From: Octopus sinensis
Lineage: Eukaryota
NCBI RefSeq assembly: GCF_006345805.1
Contig: NC_043000.1
Location: forward strand, 46,500,001-46,564,000
Direction: 5' to 3'
DNA length: 64,000 bases
Shown in pieces: positions 39,289 through 52,448 of this stretch; the stretch's first letter is position 1, and the number at the start of each line of letters is the position of its first letter. The translations under genes and the position numbers were made by a program. The notes below the pieces were generated by a model, which worked only from the letters and a program-made list of their open reading frames with translations, was not told the origin of the DNA and did no database searches.

Positions 39289-39443
39289 GGAATTACAACC
39301 GTGTTTCGTGGTCCGCTACCACAACAGCTCCTTTATAGGATCCAGTTAGCTCAAGACATCATCAGGAGGAACCACGTCTGGTTTCGGCCCCTACTACTCT
39401 ACCGTTTTGACGTGGCGGCCCCCCCCCTTTCGGAGGTGTTTTC
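39289..39443. repeat. ~155-bp direct repeat at the 5' side of the HERO-like element
   Basis: Partner of 34877-35032. Confidence 0.95.
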
Positions 39444-39544
39444 GAATATACTTTGTGTAACTAAAGCACAGCAATGTCATGGGTCAGATGGAGCGAGTGA
39501 GTGATTTCATATATATATATAAGTGTGTGTGTGTGTGTGTGTTC

Positions 39545-40046
39545 CTGAGGAAAAGCCTAATTTGTGATTTCAAAAGGATTATATTTTCCTCAAAGTTACG
39601 AGGGAAAACTTGGATCTAGCGAATCTTGTGAATTTTCCAGAGTCCTCTCCTGTTGCTTTCCACGCATTTTTGTTTTCAGATTCGTTTCCAACGCTGGTGT
39701 GAAGTAGAAAGATATCCATTTTCCTTAAAGTTACGAGGGAAAAAACATCGGTACTTGTGAATTTTCCAAATTTATTTATAATTGTAATCTATACCGTTTG
39801 AAAGGTGCTTATATAAAATTTCATTAAAAAAAAAAAAGCAATTTTCTTAAAAGTTAGGAAAAAACATCGGATCTTGTGAATTTTCTGAAGGCCTCGCCTT
39901 CGCCCCACCCCACTCCACCCCGTTGCTCTCTGCACATTTTTGTTTCCAGATTCGTTTTCTACACCTTTTTTTTACACCCATTGTACTATTTTTTTTTCCG
40001 ATTTTGTTTCCGGGTAATAATGTCAACATTAACCAAAATATGTGCT
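39545..40046 (-). mobile_element. Modular repeat, right (inverted) copy
   Basis: Three atcttgtgaatttt modules. The outer ~250 bp are the reverse complement of 34023-34265. Confidence 0.6.
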
Positions 40047-40899
40047 ATTTATAAAATACTAATCCCCTCTGAGTGTATTCAAATGTAACTGAAGACGATC
40101 ATTGTATATGAACAGTCACTAATTAATCAAAGGGGTCTCCATATTTTCACACAGTTTAACAGAAAGCTCTAAAGCTGTGTATTGCAGGGTTCAATGTTTT
40201 TTTGCACTAAATTTAGTGCCTTTTTACTATTTCGAACACGAAAATACATCGAGTTACGTATCCACGTGGTTTAAGTGTGTTTTTCAAAATTATAATTTAG
40301 TGCTTTTACATTGATGTGAAATTCGGAATTTTCTGTGCGGAATTCAGGCAGAAAAATTATGTGATAAAACATCAGTTTTTCTCCTCTTTTAAAGCATATC
40401 TCTTCTTATGTTTTAAGTTAATAAAATATCTGAAGTAGAAACACAAAGCCCCACTAAATTGTTGAATGATCTTCGACCTCTCTGATTTACTCAGTTCAAT
40501 AACTAAAAAAGCTAAAAGGAGAATGATTCAGTGCAAGGTTATTTAACGCCGAAGCCGTATCTTGCACAGCAATTTGAGAAGAAAATTTGAGGGTGTAAAA
40601 TTTACTGAACAAGAAAGAAAATGAAGTATGAAGCCGGTGCATAAAATGTGTTGTCGACGTAGTGGAGCAAATGAAACAGTAACAGTGTCTTTCGTATAAT
40701 TTTCGTCTTTTATAATCAATGAATTATTTTAGTGTAACAGGATTTCTCAAACCAGTAAATCTTGAATTATTGACCTTGAAAAGCATTTTAATGAAGGTTC
40801 AGAAATTCTGACAGAAATTGATTTTCAAAGGATTTTTTTATTTTTGTAAATGTACGATGGTTACTAGTTTCAGAGTTTCTTTCTGGATTAAAGTATCAT

Positions 40900-41172
40900 C
40901 TAATAAGGATTCAAGTGGTGAACATATATTCAAACATTCGTTTAATCTAGCTTTAACACTTTTCATTTTATCACATATATGCTGATGTGGAGAAAGTATT
41001 TAGCCACATGAATTTAATGAAATCAAATGAGCATAACCATCTAAGCATAGGAACTCTAAGAGAAATTTTGAACGTCAAATATAGTAATAAACGAAGAAGA
41101 AGTTTTAAACGAAGACATGATTATAAACTACGAAGTGAACTACTCAGGAAAATTGGATCCATGGATGCGTAA
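40900..41172 (+). mobile_element. hAT-like transposase C-terminal (dimerisation) remnant
   Basis: ADVEKVFSHMNLMKSNEHNHL resembles the NA.VER.FS.MN..K...RNRL motif. Confidence 0.45.
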
Positions 41173-42069
41173 ATTTCATGTGAAACTGCAGCTTCCACAT
41201 GAAAAGAAATTGATCGTGGAATCTTTGAAAATGTTATGCAGTAAAAATAGAACTATGCTCTAATAGATATACGGCGTTCTTGAGAAATAATTATCCTAAC
41301 ATAGGTAGTAGATTAACGCAAGATTCCCGGTCCCTTTTTGACCTGTATTTAAAAGGATTACATCATCTTCAATGTACTTTTCCAAGTACGTATCTTGAAC
41401 ACAATACCCTTACATTTTGCCATGCAAATAATTAGCTAGCCAATTCTTAGTTATAAAAACCAGAGACGCACATAGGCTACGCAGACAACAAACTCTTTAA
41501 ACAGACAAGTTTCGTTCATTGCAACTCAACCTTAGGTTAAATGAATCGTCGACTATGATGAACAGAGAATTTTTCCTACTCCCATGCGAAGTTTATATTT
41601 TCTCTTATTAATATAACTATGAACTACCTTTGCTTCTAGCCCACCAAAATATACAACTATGTAATCATGTAAATATGGTGATATACTTCTATAGAACAAA
41701 TGTTATTTAAACAACATTAGATCTGGTTTTATCATGGGACTGCACGCAACTAAAGTTCATGCCATTTAACTATGATCTGTCTAACGAATGCGATAGCCCC
41801 AAGCACCATTTTCATGTTTTTAGTAATTTTATTGTATTTCATGTTCTGAAACACTTGAAATTCATATTTAAACAAAACAATTAAAATGAGTGCTTTGTTA
41901 TAGTTTCAATTTTTTAACCTCTTTTTCATATTTTTTCCGTACTGTAAGAACTCTTTTGTATTCAACATGAAAATTAGATTATGAGAAAAACAAGAATATA
42001 GTAGCAGTTCCCTTATTGATGTTGACATAATTACCATCAAATTTAATTTTACAGACCAACTTTCATCCC

Positions 42070-42910
42070 ACCGGAGACAAATATTTAAATTTTTTTTCCA
42101 AAAATCACCTTTGTTGCTTCCAGAATGCAAGGCTTAATCAGATCTTCACCAATGATATGAGGCTTCTTGGTCTGCACGATTTTTGGAACAATTCTTTACG
42201 AAGCCTCCAACGTTGCTTTGTTCTGACGGGCGAAGTGACCAGCGAAATTTATATGACTGCCCTTTAGAGAAACTTCTTTTCACTTGAAATAGTCCAAGCT
42301 TTTGTCCACCAATTGGCTGTAGCAAGTCATAAAATGAATCATCAGTTTGCTTGGCTTCGTACCTTCGTTACTCAAAACCTTGGCGCAAATAACGCATTGC
42401 GGTTTGACCACAAAGTTCTGAACGATATTTGTGAACCTTATTTTGAGAAAGGCCTCATTGTATGTATGTTTCTTGGCAGACATACTGCGAACGGGAAAAT
42501 AACAATCCAGTATACAATGTAAATGTTACTTTATTAATTGTATTAAGTAAGTATAATAAGCAACATCGCAGAATAATAGATGCAACAACACTGAAGTAAA
42601 CAACTTAACAATTCACGGGCAAGTGCAATATACATCTTTACAAAGCAGTGATATGCAACACTACACTCATTCTAGCACACCAATCACACAGACCAGAGAT
42701 TAATAAACAACAAACGAGTCTTGGAATGCAAAGTGCCATGGGAGTCACAGAGCAGGAATGAAGCACATACAGTCATGATACCATTAGCAGTTGCAATACA
42801 TGATGCTGCAATAAATAAATTACTTCTTCCCAAGCCCTCTTTGACCCACCCTCGAGAAACCCCTAATGACCCACCCCTTAGAGGTCATGACCCCAGTTTA
42901 AGAACCGTTG
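42070..42910 (-). mobile_element. Second Buster-type hAT, 5' fragment only
   Basis: Terminus caacggttcttaaactgggg at 42910, flanked by actTAgga. BED finger KPQCVICAKVLSNEGTKPSKL followed by KKPHIIGEDLIKPC. Confidence 0.8.
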
Positions 42911-45029
42911 ACTTAGGATAAGGTGCTGCTCTGACAAACTGTTGTTACAATAAACAGGAGGAAAAGACGAAATATTTATGTCCCCATTATACTTTTCTTA
43001 AAAATATTCTTTCCTGCATTTTGAATTACTATAATTATCGTTTTATTGATACTTCTTTCAAAATCCTGATTTCGTTTCTCACATGTCAACTTTTTCAATG
43101 TGAATTTCAAGAGTTTCTGAAATTCGGAATACGTTCAAAGATAATAAAAATGTAAAACAATCATTTCAGTTGTGGTCATTGCTTTATGGAAAAAGGCATA
43201 TTTTAAATGTATGGATTTAATCTGTTTCCTCAAAAAATTTGGATCTCAAGCAATTCAGAATATGGAAAATGATTACATGATGCAAAATATTTTTTCGATG
43301 GTGATGGTTGTCATGAAGCTACAAGGTGAAAATGATGGTTAAAAAAAGTTTCCATCCACATTTTTGAAGTGTGTGGAGCAAAAAAAAAAAGAAAAGAAGA
43401 AAAATCCCAGCAAAATAGAAAAAATTCACCTTTTTTTACTTTTAGCAAGAAAGAATGAGGTTGTGCCTATGGTTCATTATTATTTTTAGTTTTTTTCATC
43501 AAGGATTCCAAAGTTGGTGGGAAGAATGGAGGAATTTGTTCTCATGGTCTCAAATTGTGCGTTTGGTTTAAATGTTTCTATCTGAGTGAATTTCACCAAA
43601 GTTATCCAAGAACAAGGCATTAGTTTTAAATTGTGTGACATATTGCTGTCACACAAAAGCTCACAAAATACAGCACAACAGGAACAAGTACTGCACAGCA
43701 GACAACCATTAAGAGATCTCTCTTTTATTAGCTCATAATAATACTGATTTATATTTTACTGTGATGCTGCATTGTAAATATGAAGAGATCACAAATGATA
43801 CATGTGAAACTGATACCAGAAATATGATGCGTTGGATATTTGAGGTCAGATATACAAATATTGTAAGGCATTCATTATAATCATGCCCGTTGGTAAGGGG
43901 ATTCACTGAACAGTGCTTCCCCCTCTCTATTCAATGGTGCACATTCAGATTTACTGTAATACACTTATTTTTAAACTCCACTTTAACATTATTACAAAGT
44001 AGTGCCCAGCCAGAATGTTCTGAACCACCCCTAGGTACCAATGTCTGGCAACAAGCCTGACTATAAGCTTACTTTCTCTACAGGCTAACAATACCCAATC
44101 AACATAATTAGGGCTAAGATAGCCATTTCCCTTCTAGTACATCAAAGAAAGGCCTCTTGAAAAGCATTCCACATATTTATTACTTGCTCCTCTGTAAACA
44201 TGAAAAGTAATCATGACATTATTCACGAATCCAAAAGAGTTAGATTGTATATCCGTCAACCCCAATATGAACATGTAAGGTTATGCTGAGCATGGAGTGA
44301 TATGGTCTAAGCATCATTGGAATGCAGTGATTGTCCTGATCTTTTATAGCTCCTTCTTCTGCTCAACTTTGCTTAGATGATATGGCATAATTTTGGTAGT
44401 GACTGCACCACATTCATCTTTCATTGATAAGGATTTCCTCTTAGAACTTTGGATTAATGCTGAAGTCTTCTAAAGAGGCCTTGAAATTATTCTTGTGTCA
44501 ATTACTAAATGTTCCCTCCAAGCAACTTGCTGTAGAAAAGAAGCTTCAGAAAGCATTTGTAATCCATTCTAGAAACGTAATGAAAACAAAGCAGGGAAAG
44601 TATAGATACTAAACAATACTGCTTGATTGAAGACCTCAGTGTTTGCAAGTTAAAGGAAGAAAGACATGCTAACTTAAACATGTTTGCAGCACTGAAGTAG
44701 TATATAAAGCAAAATCCAGTCCCCAAAACAAAAAATGAACACGAGAAAACATACCAAGAGGATCAGAAGAGAACTAAGAACAAAAGCGATTTGTAATTAC
44801 ACTTCTTTTCCGAATGAAGAAACAGATGTTTACTACTTTATCTAAAAGCAGCTTGCAACAGATGCAACACAAGGGAAGAATAAGGGGAAAATAGCAGACA
44901 ATATTGCAATGCAGACAAAAATGTGAGTTTATGCACAGTGGAGAATGCTACTAGAATATCATGTACTCTAAAGACCACTTGAACACTCAACTTGAATACT
45001 TCGGATACATACATACATACATACACATA

Positions 45030-45934
45030 TTGGGTCATCTCATAAATAATGTGGCCTTTTGATTCTTCTTTTAGTTTTTAAAAGTTAAGATAAATGAAGT
45101 TCTTTTTTTAATCTACAATATACTCTCCTTTATTTTCAACAATGCTCTTCTAACTATCTGGTAGACTTACAAGGCCCATCTTCCAAAATTCCTTTGCTCA
45201 TGAGGAAAAATGCTCCTCCAGAACTCTTCTGACTTCTTCTACAGAATTCATATTTTTTCTGTCCAAATGATTTTGAAGACTGTGGAATTAGATGGGGCAA
45301 TGTCTGGTGAATATGGTGGGTGAGGCATCGTTTCCCATTCAAACTGCTCCAGCTTTTTAATGTCAACCTTGCTATATGTGGTTGAACAATTATCCTTATG
45401 GAAGAAGACATTTCATCTTCAAACCAAAGATGGTCATGTTTTTTTTTAGCGCAGGTGTTGATGAATGATTGAATGATCAAATCCATACTTCTCTGCCAGT
45501 TCCCCAACACTTATGAAGGGATTTCTTCCACTATGTTTTTCAGGATGTCCTCATTGAGCTCTACAGATCTTCCAGGATGTGACTTGTCTTCTAGGCTGTA
45601 GTTTCTGGCTCGGAATTTCTGGAACCACCATTGACACTGGCTTACACATGTTGGCTGATCCCCATATACTGCATTAATATTCCTCACACTTTCCATTGTG
45701 TTGTTGCCTTTATTGAACTCATAAAGCAAAATATGCTCCTTTGTCACTTTCATTGTAGCTTTGAAAAAATAACTGTTAAAATCGAACTGCACACTTCAGA
45801 ACTTACACTAAGAATAAGCTGAGGTAAAATTACAACCTGCTTTTATAGCAAGTTGATGCAAGTAGTTTATCTCACCCCCTCTCACTTTTAGTTCATGCAA
45901 CTGAAAAAAACACATTAGTTATGGGATGGCTCCA
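45030..45934 (-). mobile_element. Internally deleted mariner (Mos1-like) element with both TIRs
   Basis: TA-flanked imperfect TIRs (ttgggtcatctcataaataatg / cattagttatgggatggctcca). The HTH region HILLYEFNKGNN...CQWWFQKFR is joined to PHPPYSPDIAPS. Confidence 0.85.
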
Positions 45935-46010
45935 TATATATAATTATATACATATGTATCTATTCACTTTCAACAATAGAGAGCGGTTGCCATATCCCAT
46001 TCCTTATAGG

Positions 46011-46094
46011 GTATCTCTGATGAGTGCAGGGTTACATAATCAGATTGTTACCTAACACTGTTAAATCCCTAGCAGGAAACGAATTGGTAAGATC
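46011..46094 (+). ncRNA. Type I hammerhead ribozyme, near intact
   Basis: Stem I atct/agat. CTGATGA 46017-23. Stem II gtgc aggg...ccct a gca, with the closing pair G.G at 46024/46075. GAAA 46076-79. Stem III ACGAATTGGT. GUA site at 46087-89. Confidence 0.6.
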
Positions 46095-46149
46095 GGTCAT
46101 AATGGGCACATGGACATATAATACCATACACCTTGGATAATATATAAAC

Positions 46150-46201
<52 letters not shown>

Positions 46202-46218
46202 TGAATATGTATATAAAC

Positions 46219-46276
<58 letters not shown>

Positions 46277-46286
46277 TGATAAATAC

Positions 46287-46323
<37 letters not shown>

Positions 46324-46334
46324 TTGATAAATAC

Positions 46335-46367
<33 letters not shown>

Positions 46368-46388
46368 CATATTGATAAATACATATAT

Positions 46389-46694
46389 CATCATCATCAT
46401 CATCATCATCGTTTAACGTCCGTTTTCCGCGCTAGCACGGGTTGGACGGTTCGACTGGGGTCTGGAAAGCCAGGGGCTGCACCAGTCTCCAGTCTGATCT
46501 GCCAGAGTTTCTACAGCTCGATGCCCTTCCTAACGCCAACCACTCTGTGAGTGTAGTGGGTGCTTTTTACGTGCCACCTGCACAGGTGCCAGCGGGGTCC
46601 GGCATCGGCCACGATCGGTTGGAGCTTTTAACGTGCCACTGGCACGGAAGCCAGCAAAGGCGGTGCTTTTTATGTGCCACCGGCACAGAAGCCA
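46389..46694 (-). mobile_element. RTE 3' UTR/tail fragment inserted in a TA-rich minisatellite
   Basis: Closely matches 10502-10830. catattgataaatacatatat occurs on both flanks. Confidence 0.85.
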
Positions 46695-46727
46695 CATATA
46701 TATATATATATATATACATATTGATAA

Positions 46728-46772
<45 letters not shown>

Positions 46773-46984
46773 CACACACACACACACACATATATACATA
46801 TATATATATGCATATAGATATATACACATATATATATATACATATAGATATATACATATATACACGTATAGATATATACATACATACACATATAGATATA
46901 TACATACATACACATATAGATATATATACATACATATATATATCACACCACACCACCCACACACCCATCCCCACATCTACACAT

Positions 46985-47325
46985 ACATACACGCATTTAT
47001 CCAGACCACCAGCCCTCTTTTAAACGCACATGCATACTCTTTTATACACACACGCACCTTTGTGTTGGGGGACATCTTTACCTTGTTATCTCCCCTACTT
47101 TCCTGCCTGTGTTTGACCCTTTTGTCCGGCACTAGTCACCATGATAGATCGTTAGCCACTACACACATTTTTTTCTCTCCTTGATTTTTTTCTGTGTCCC
47201 TTTCTGTAGAAGAGCGTAGGCTTGAAACGTAAAATACTTTTCTATTCCTGAGCATTATACTAATACATCTGTTTGTTTTGTACACCGCCTGTCTTCGTCT
47301 TTTGCTTTTTTCGTAAACTTTTCCA
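46985..47325 (+). mobile_element. Penelope-like pseudo-LTR fragment carrying a hammerhead variant (47196-47240)
   Basis: ttt-CTGTAGAA-gagc gtag gctt-GAAACGTA-aaa, in a microsatellite-flanked short repeat. Confidence 0.45.
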
Positions 47326-47504
47326 TATATATATATATATATATAGTCACACTGAGTATCTTTAAACCTCTTATAGGAATATTTTTATCCAAGATACACT
47401 GGTTTAATGTATATTTTGAAGAAATATTTCTTCAATTAATATATTATATAAAATATTGTAAATAATATCGAGTTAAAAAAACAGAGAGGTCCAATGGATA
47501 AAAG

Positions 47505-47760
47505 TTAATTTAATTAATTAATTAACATATTCGCCTACAATTGTTTCATTTCACAAACAAAATTAGAATTAGAAAACATATATGAATATAGGATTTTGCA
47601 TTTTAAATACCTTGTCTGTCCTTTGTACACCCTGTTGATTTTCCATACAAGCTATTTAAAATGCAAGATTATATATCTATATATGTTTTGTAATTTTAAT
47701 TTTGGTTGTAAAATGAAGCAATTGTAGGTGAATATGTTAATTAATAAATTAATAAATAAA
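47505..47760. repeat. Hairpin element with ~45-bp inverted arms
   Basis: ttaattaacatattcgcctacaattgtttcattt / aaatgaagcaattgtaggtgaatatgttaattaa. Confidence 0.75.
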
Positions 47761-48509
47761 TTAATTAATCTATTGGATCTCTCAGTTTTCTAACTCAATA
47801 ATTATATATATATATATATTCAGTTTATATAATTCTGAGAATTTTTATTTCAAAATGTACTCTGCCTACTTTAATTTACTAACTTTTATGAATTCTGAGA
47901 AAATCCGTGGCTTACATTCATAAGGATTTGATTCCTGAACCAGACAGCATTTGTGTCTTTGAGCAAAGTGCTTAATTTCATGTTACTCCAGTCTACTCAG
48001 CTGAAAATCAGTAGCAGCTGAGTGTGGGTGCAGCCCCTTCTCCTCTCTCTCTCATCATCTCTGTTTTCATATCTTGAGCATTAGTTTTGGTGAGATCAGA
48101 ATGGAATGAAGCCTCTTCAGCAGGTTTTCTAGCAGTTTAGTATTGATCCCAGCCAGTAATGTAAACTTTACAACTAACTATGTTAAAAGCCAATAAACAA
48201 CTAGATCACATGTCAGTTAGTGTATTTAATAGTTTGAACAAAGTAAATTTTGTTTTGACTATATTAAGTATAACTGTCTAAAGATTGCATAACTACAAAG
48301 CTTGTCGACTCTAATTAGGAAAATATCTAATTAAAGGAGTGTAAACATAGGAATTTCAACACTTATCAACACATATCTGTAGTGTGAAAAGCAATCCATG
48401 ATCTTTTATCTGATGTAGCTTTTCAACACTCAATAATAAAGAAACACTATTGGATTATTAGAAGTGGCAACAATATGTTCAGTTTGTGAATTAAAGAAAT
48501 TTGTAGTGA

Positions 48510-48588
48510 TAGTGGGTGTTATGTTTGTGTATGTGTATATACATATATATATATGTGTGTGTGTATAAATATGTGTTGTGTAAATATG

Positions 48589-48624
<36 letters not shown>

Positions 48625-48635
48625 TGTATATATAT

Positions 48636-48682
<47 letters not shown>

Positions 48683-48750
48683 ATATATATGTGTATATAT
48701 ATATGTATATATATATATATTATATATATATATATATGTATATATATATG

Positions 48751-48781
<31 letters not shown>

Positions 48782-48833
48782 GTGTATGTATATAGATATA
48801 TAGATATATATATATACATACACACACATATGT

Positions 48834-48876
<43 letters not shown>

Positions 48877-48918
48877 TATATATATATATATATATGTATA
48901 TATATGTGTATATATATG

Positions 48919-48951
<33 letters not shown>

Positions 48952-48964
48952 GTATATATATATG

Positions 48965-48995
<31 letters not shown>

Positions 48996-49070
48996 GTGTA
49001 TGTATATAGATATATAGATATATATATATACATACACACACATATGTATATATATATATATATAATTATT
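48510..49070. repeat. Compound (TA)n/(TATG)n microsatellite
   Basis: Visible low-complexity tract. Confidence 0.95.
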
Positions 49071-49320
49071 TAGTGCGCATTTCCATGTTATATTACTCTT
49101 TCATTTTCCAGTTGCATGTAGCCTCTGGTCATCACTGATCATCTATACTTATTATCAAGGGAATTCTTAAAGTGTACTGAAAACAATGTATTCTGAAGCA
49201 ACCTTATCTTAAGATAATAGGGTGCTGTTTGAGAGAGTTGTTGCTGTTAAAAACCTCATAGATCTCCCTCTGGTGAGATTTATGTCAGTAAGTGAAAATA
49301 TAAGGTAAACCACAGGAAAG

Positions 49321-49741
49321 ATGCATTTATGAGAGTATATACTCTTACTCTTTTTACTTGTTTCAGCCTTTTGACTGCGGCCATGCTGGAGTACCGCCTT
49401 TAATTGAGAAACTCGACCCTGGGACTTATTCTTTGTAAGCCCAGTACTTATTCTATCGGACTCTTTTGCTGAACCGCTATGTGACAGGGACATAAACACA
49501 CCAGCATCGGTTGTCAGGCAATGCTTGGGGGACAAACACAGACACACAAACATACACGCACACACATATATATATATATATATACATATATACGACGGGC
49601 TACTTTCAGCTTCCATCTACTAAATCCACTCACAAGGCTTTGGTCGGCCTGAGGCTATAGTAGAAGACACTTGCCCAAGATGCCACGCAGTGGGACTGAT
49701 CCCGGAACCATGTGGTTGGTAAACAAGCTACTTACCACACA
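49321..49741 (-). mobile_element. SINE family A, near full length
   Basis: Same architecture as the copy at 16251-16659. Confidence 0.9.
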
Positions 49742-51177
49742 TGGTATTCTTATATTCTTGCCCTTCCATACTTGCTTCTGTTTGCTTTTCATAACATACA
49801 TACACTCATAATAAAAATCCGTTTCTATTTTCAAATCAAGAGAGTAATTTTCAAATGTAGAATAGCTGTGAAAACAGCAAAGTAAGATTCAGCATTTACC
49901 CTTAGAAGACAGAAAAACGTTGTCAGCAGGCAGCTACATGTTTTCTTTTCTTCTCATTACACACATACATGCATGTGTGCGCACGCACACACATACACAC
50001 ACCTATGTTCAATACACTTCCATAATAGCATGTAAAATCAATGGAGACACATGCAAATAGAACTCTTCAAATGCAATACTTGTTAACTGCGATCCTATTA
50101 GTGAAAAACAAGTTTGAGCTTAAAAAAATGTTCAAAAACCATCAAAGTATTTTCATTGGCTAAAACCTGTCATAGATAATTTTTTTTACCATCAAAATAT
50201 ATTTTTATCTCCTGACCTAACTGAAAGTGCGGCATTGTAATCACATGACTAGTTTCAGCCAATCATTAACTGGTTGGTGTACTTATCTCTTGAGCCCCCT
50301 TTAGGAATATTTTGGATATCACCAACAAGAAATCAATCAGAGAGTCCCTTGGCTTCTGCTCATTACTGATAGATCTTATGGCACTGTCAGGCATAAATCA
50401 ATCTCTCTTACATCCCCTCTTCCAAAGTCCCTGAGGCGTGAAGAACTTTCTTTGGAATGTGTCTTCTATCAGCATTTCTGCTGACTCAGGAAATTTAAAA
50501 CCTGCTACATTTACACATTCTTATATCATTCTGTTACATGTTCAGCAATCTAACTGATATATACTGCCGCATGTACACATGCATAGATTCAAGTATTTTT
50601 TTTAAAAAATATTATTTTTGAAAAGGGCCCAGGTTTTTTATCGTTGTTGTTGTACCTTCATTGCTCTTCTTTTACTCTAGTTCATTTTTTGCAAATAAAC
50701 TTTTCTTTCTTTTTTTTTCAAATATTGTAAAATAAAATATTCTAACATAAAAAATAATATCTATAATTTCCTCAAAATGTATCACTTCTCAACAACAGCA
50801 TTTAATGACAGAATACTAAATATGCATGCATCTTGTATCTTTTACATGCAACAGTCATTGGACTGTGGTTCTGCTGTCACACCAGCTTGAAGGGTTTTTC
50901 ACTAAATGACTTTTAATTCTGGTACTCATTTACTTAGTCACTTTTCTAAAGCCATTAAGAAACAAGAGCGTAAACAAACTAACAGTAGTTTTCAAGTGGT
51001 TGTGGAAACAAACACAAAGATACACACATCACACACACACACACACACACACACATGCACGCACATAAAATTATATACACATATCTATATGTGTGCATGT
51101 ATCTATCTGTCTATTTATCTATGCATCCATCCATCCATCCATCCATCCATCTATCCATCTATCTATCTATCTATCAT

Positions 51178-51555
51178 GTAGGTACAATGGTCCAGTGGTT
51201 AAGGCAGCGGACCCACTGTCATAGGATCGCAGTTTTGATTCTCAGACTGGGTGTTGTGACTCTTTATTGAGCAAAAACACTTAAAGCTCCATGAAACTCT
51301 GACAGGGGGTGGTGACGAACCCCGCTGTACTCTTTCACCACAACTTTCTCTCACTCTTTCTTCCTGTTTCTGTTGTAGCTGTATTTCAAAGGGCCAGCCT
51401 TGTCACACTCTATGTCACGCTGAATCTCCCCAAGTACTATTCTTAAGGGTACACATGTCTGTGAAGTACTCAGCTACTTGCATTTTAATTTCATGAGCAG
51501 GTTGTTCCATTGATTGGATCAACTGGAAACCTCATCATTGTAACCGATGAAGTAC
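51178..51555 (+). mobile_element. SINE family B, full length
   Basis: A box tggtccagtgg. The body matches 33620-33977. Confidence 0.85.
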
Positions 51556-51839
51556 TATAATTTATCTATCTATCTATATAACTTAACTGCAGCTTTTGGT
51601 GGTCCAAATCGGATATGCAATCTATATGGGTGCCTTCTCAAAACATTGTCTGGTTTAAAAGGCCACAGCAGATGCTATGATGGATCACAGGTGTAGGTAC
51701 AGAAGGTAGTCAGACTCTGCATAAGGAGTAGACAACCACAAGCTTCAATAATTCCTAAATCCAAAATAGAATCACACTCTACATTATAGAACAGTAGAGT
51801 AATAGATAGACAGATAGATAGATAGATTGATAGATAGAC

Positions 51840-51886
<47 letters not shown>

Positions 51887-51952
51887 GGTTGGGTAAGCCC
51901 ACAGACCGGCCATATCTATCTGTCTATCTATCTGTCTGTCTGTCTGACAGTC

Positions 51953-51996
<44 letters not shown>

Positions 51997-52010
51997 CATA
52001 CATATATATA

Positions 52011-52408
52011 GGCGCAGGAGTGGCTGTGTGGTAAGTAGCTTGCTTACCAACCACATGGTTCCGGGTTCAGTCCCACTGCTTGACACCTTGGGCAAATGTC
52101 TTCTACTATAGCCTCGGACTGACCAAAGCCTCGTGAGATTTGGTAGACGGAAACTGAAAGAAGCCCGTCGTATATATGTATATGCATGTGTATGTATGTC
52201 TATATGTTTGTGTGTCTGTGTTTGTCCCCCCAACATCGCTTGACAACCGATGGTGGTGTGTTTACATCCCCTTAACTTAGTGGCTCAGCAAAAGAGACCA
52301 ATAGAATAAGTACTAGGCTTACAAAGAATAAGTCCTGGGGTCGATTTGCTCAACTAAACGTAGTGCTCCAGCATGGTCACAGTCAAATGACTGAAACAAA
52401 TAAAAGAG

Positions 52409-52410
<2 letters not shown>
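52011..52410 (+). mobile_element. SINE family A, full length
   Basis: ggcgcaggagtggctgtgtgg...ggttcagtccc...aaagagta. Confidence 0.92.
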
Positions 52411-52439
<29 letters not shown>

Positions 52440-52448
52440 CTCATACTG

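Noticed and set aside
48790-49066. ~55-bp direct repeat within a microsatellite (48790-48845 and 49004-49066)
   Set aside because: It is explained by slippage or assembly of low-complexity DNA.
52011-52080. tRNA-like sequences (also at 16590, 26076, 33900 and 51178)
   Set aside because: These are SINE heads. They have A/B boxes but no complete cloverleaf, and they run into SINE bodies.
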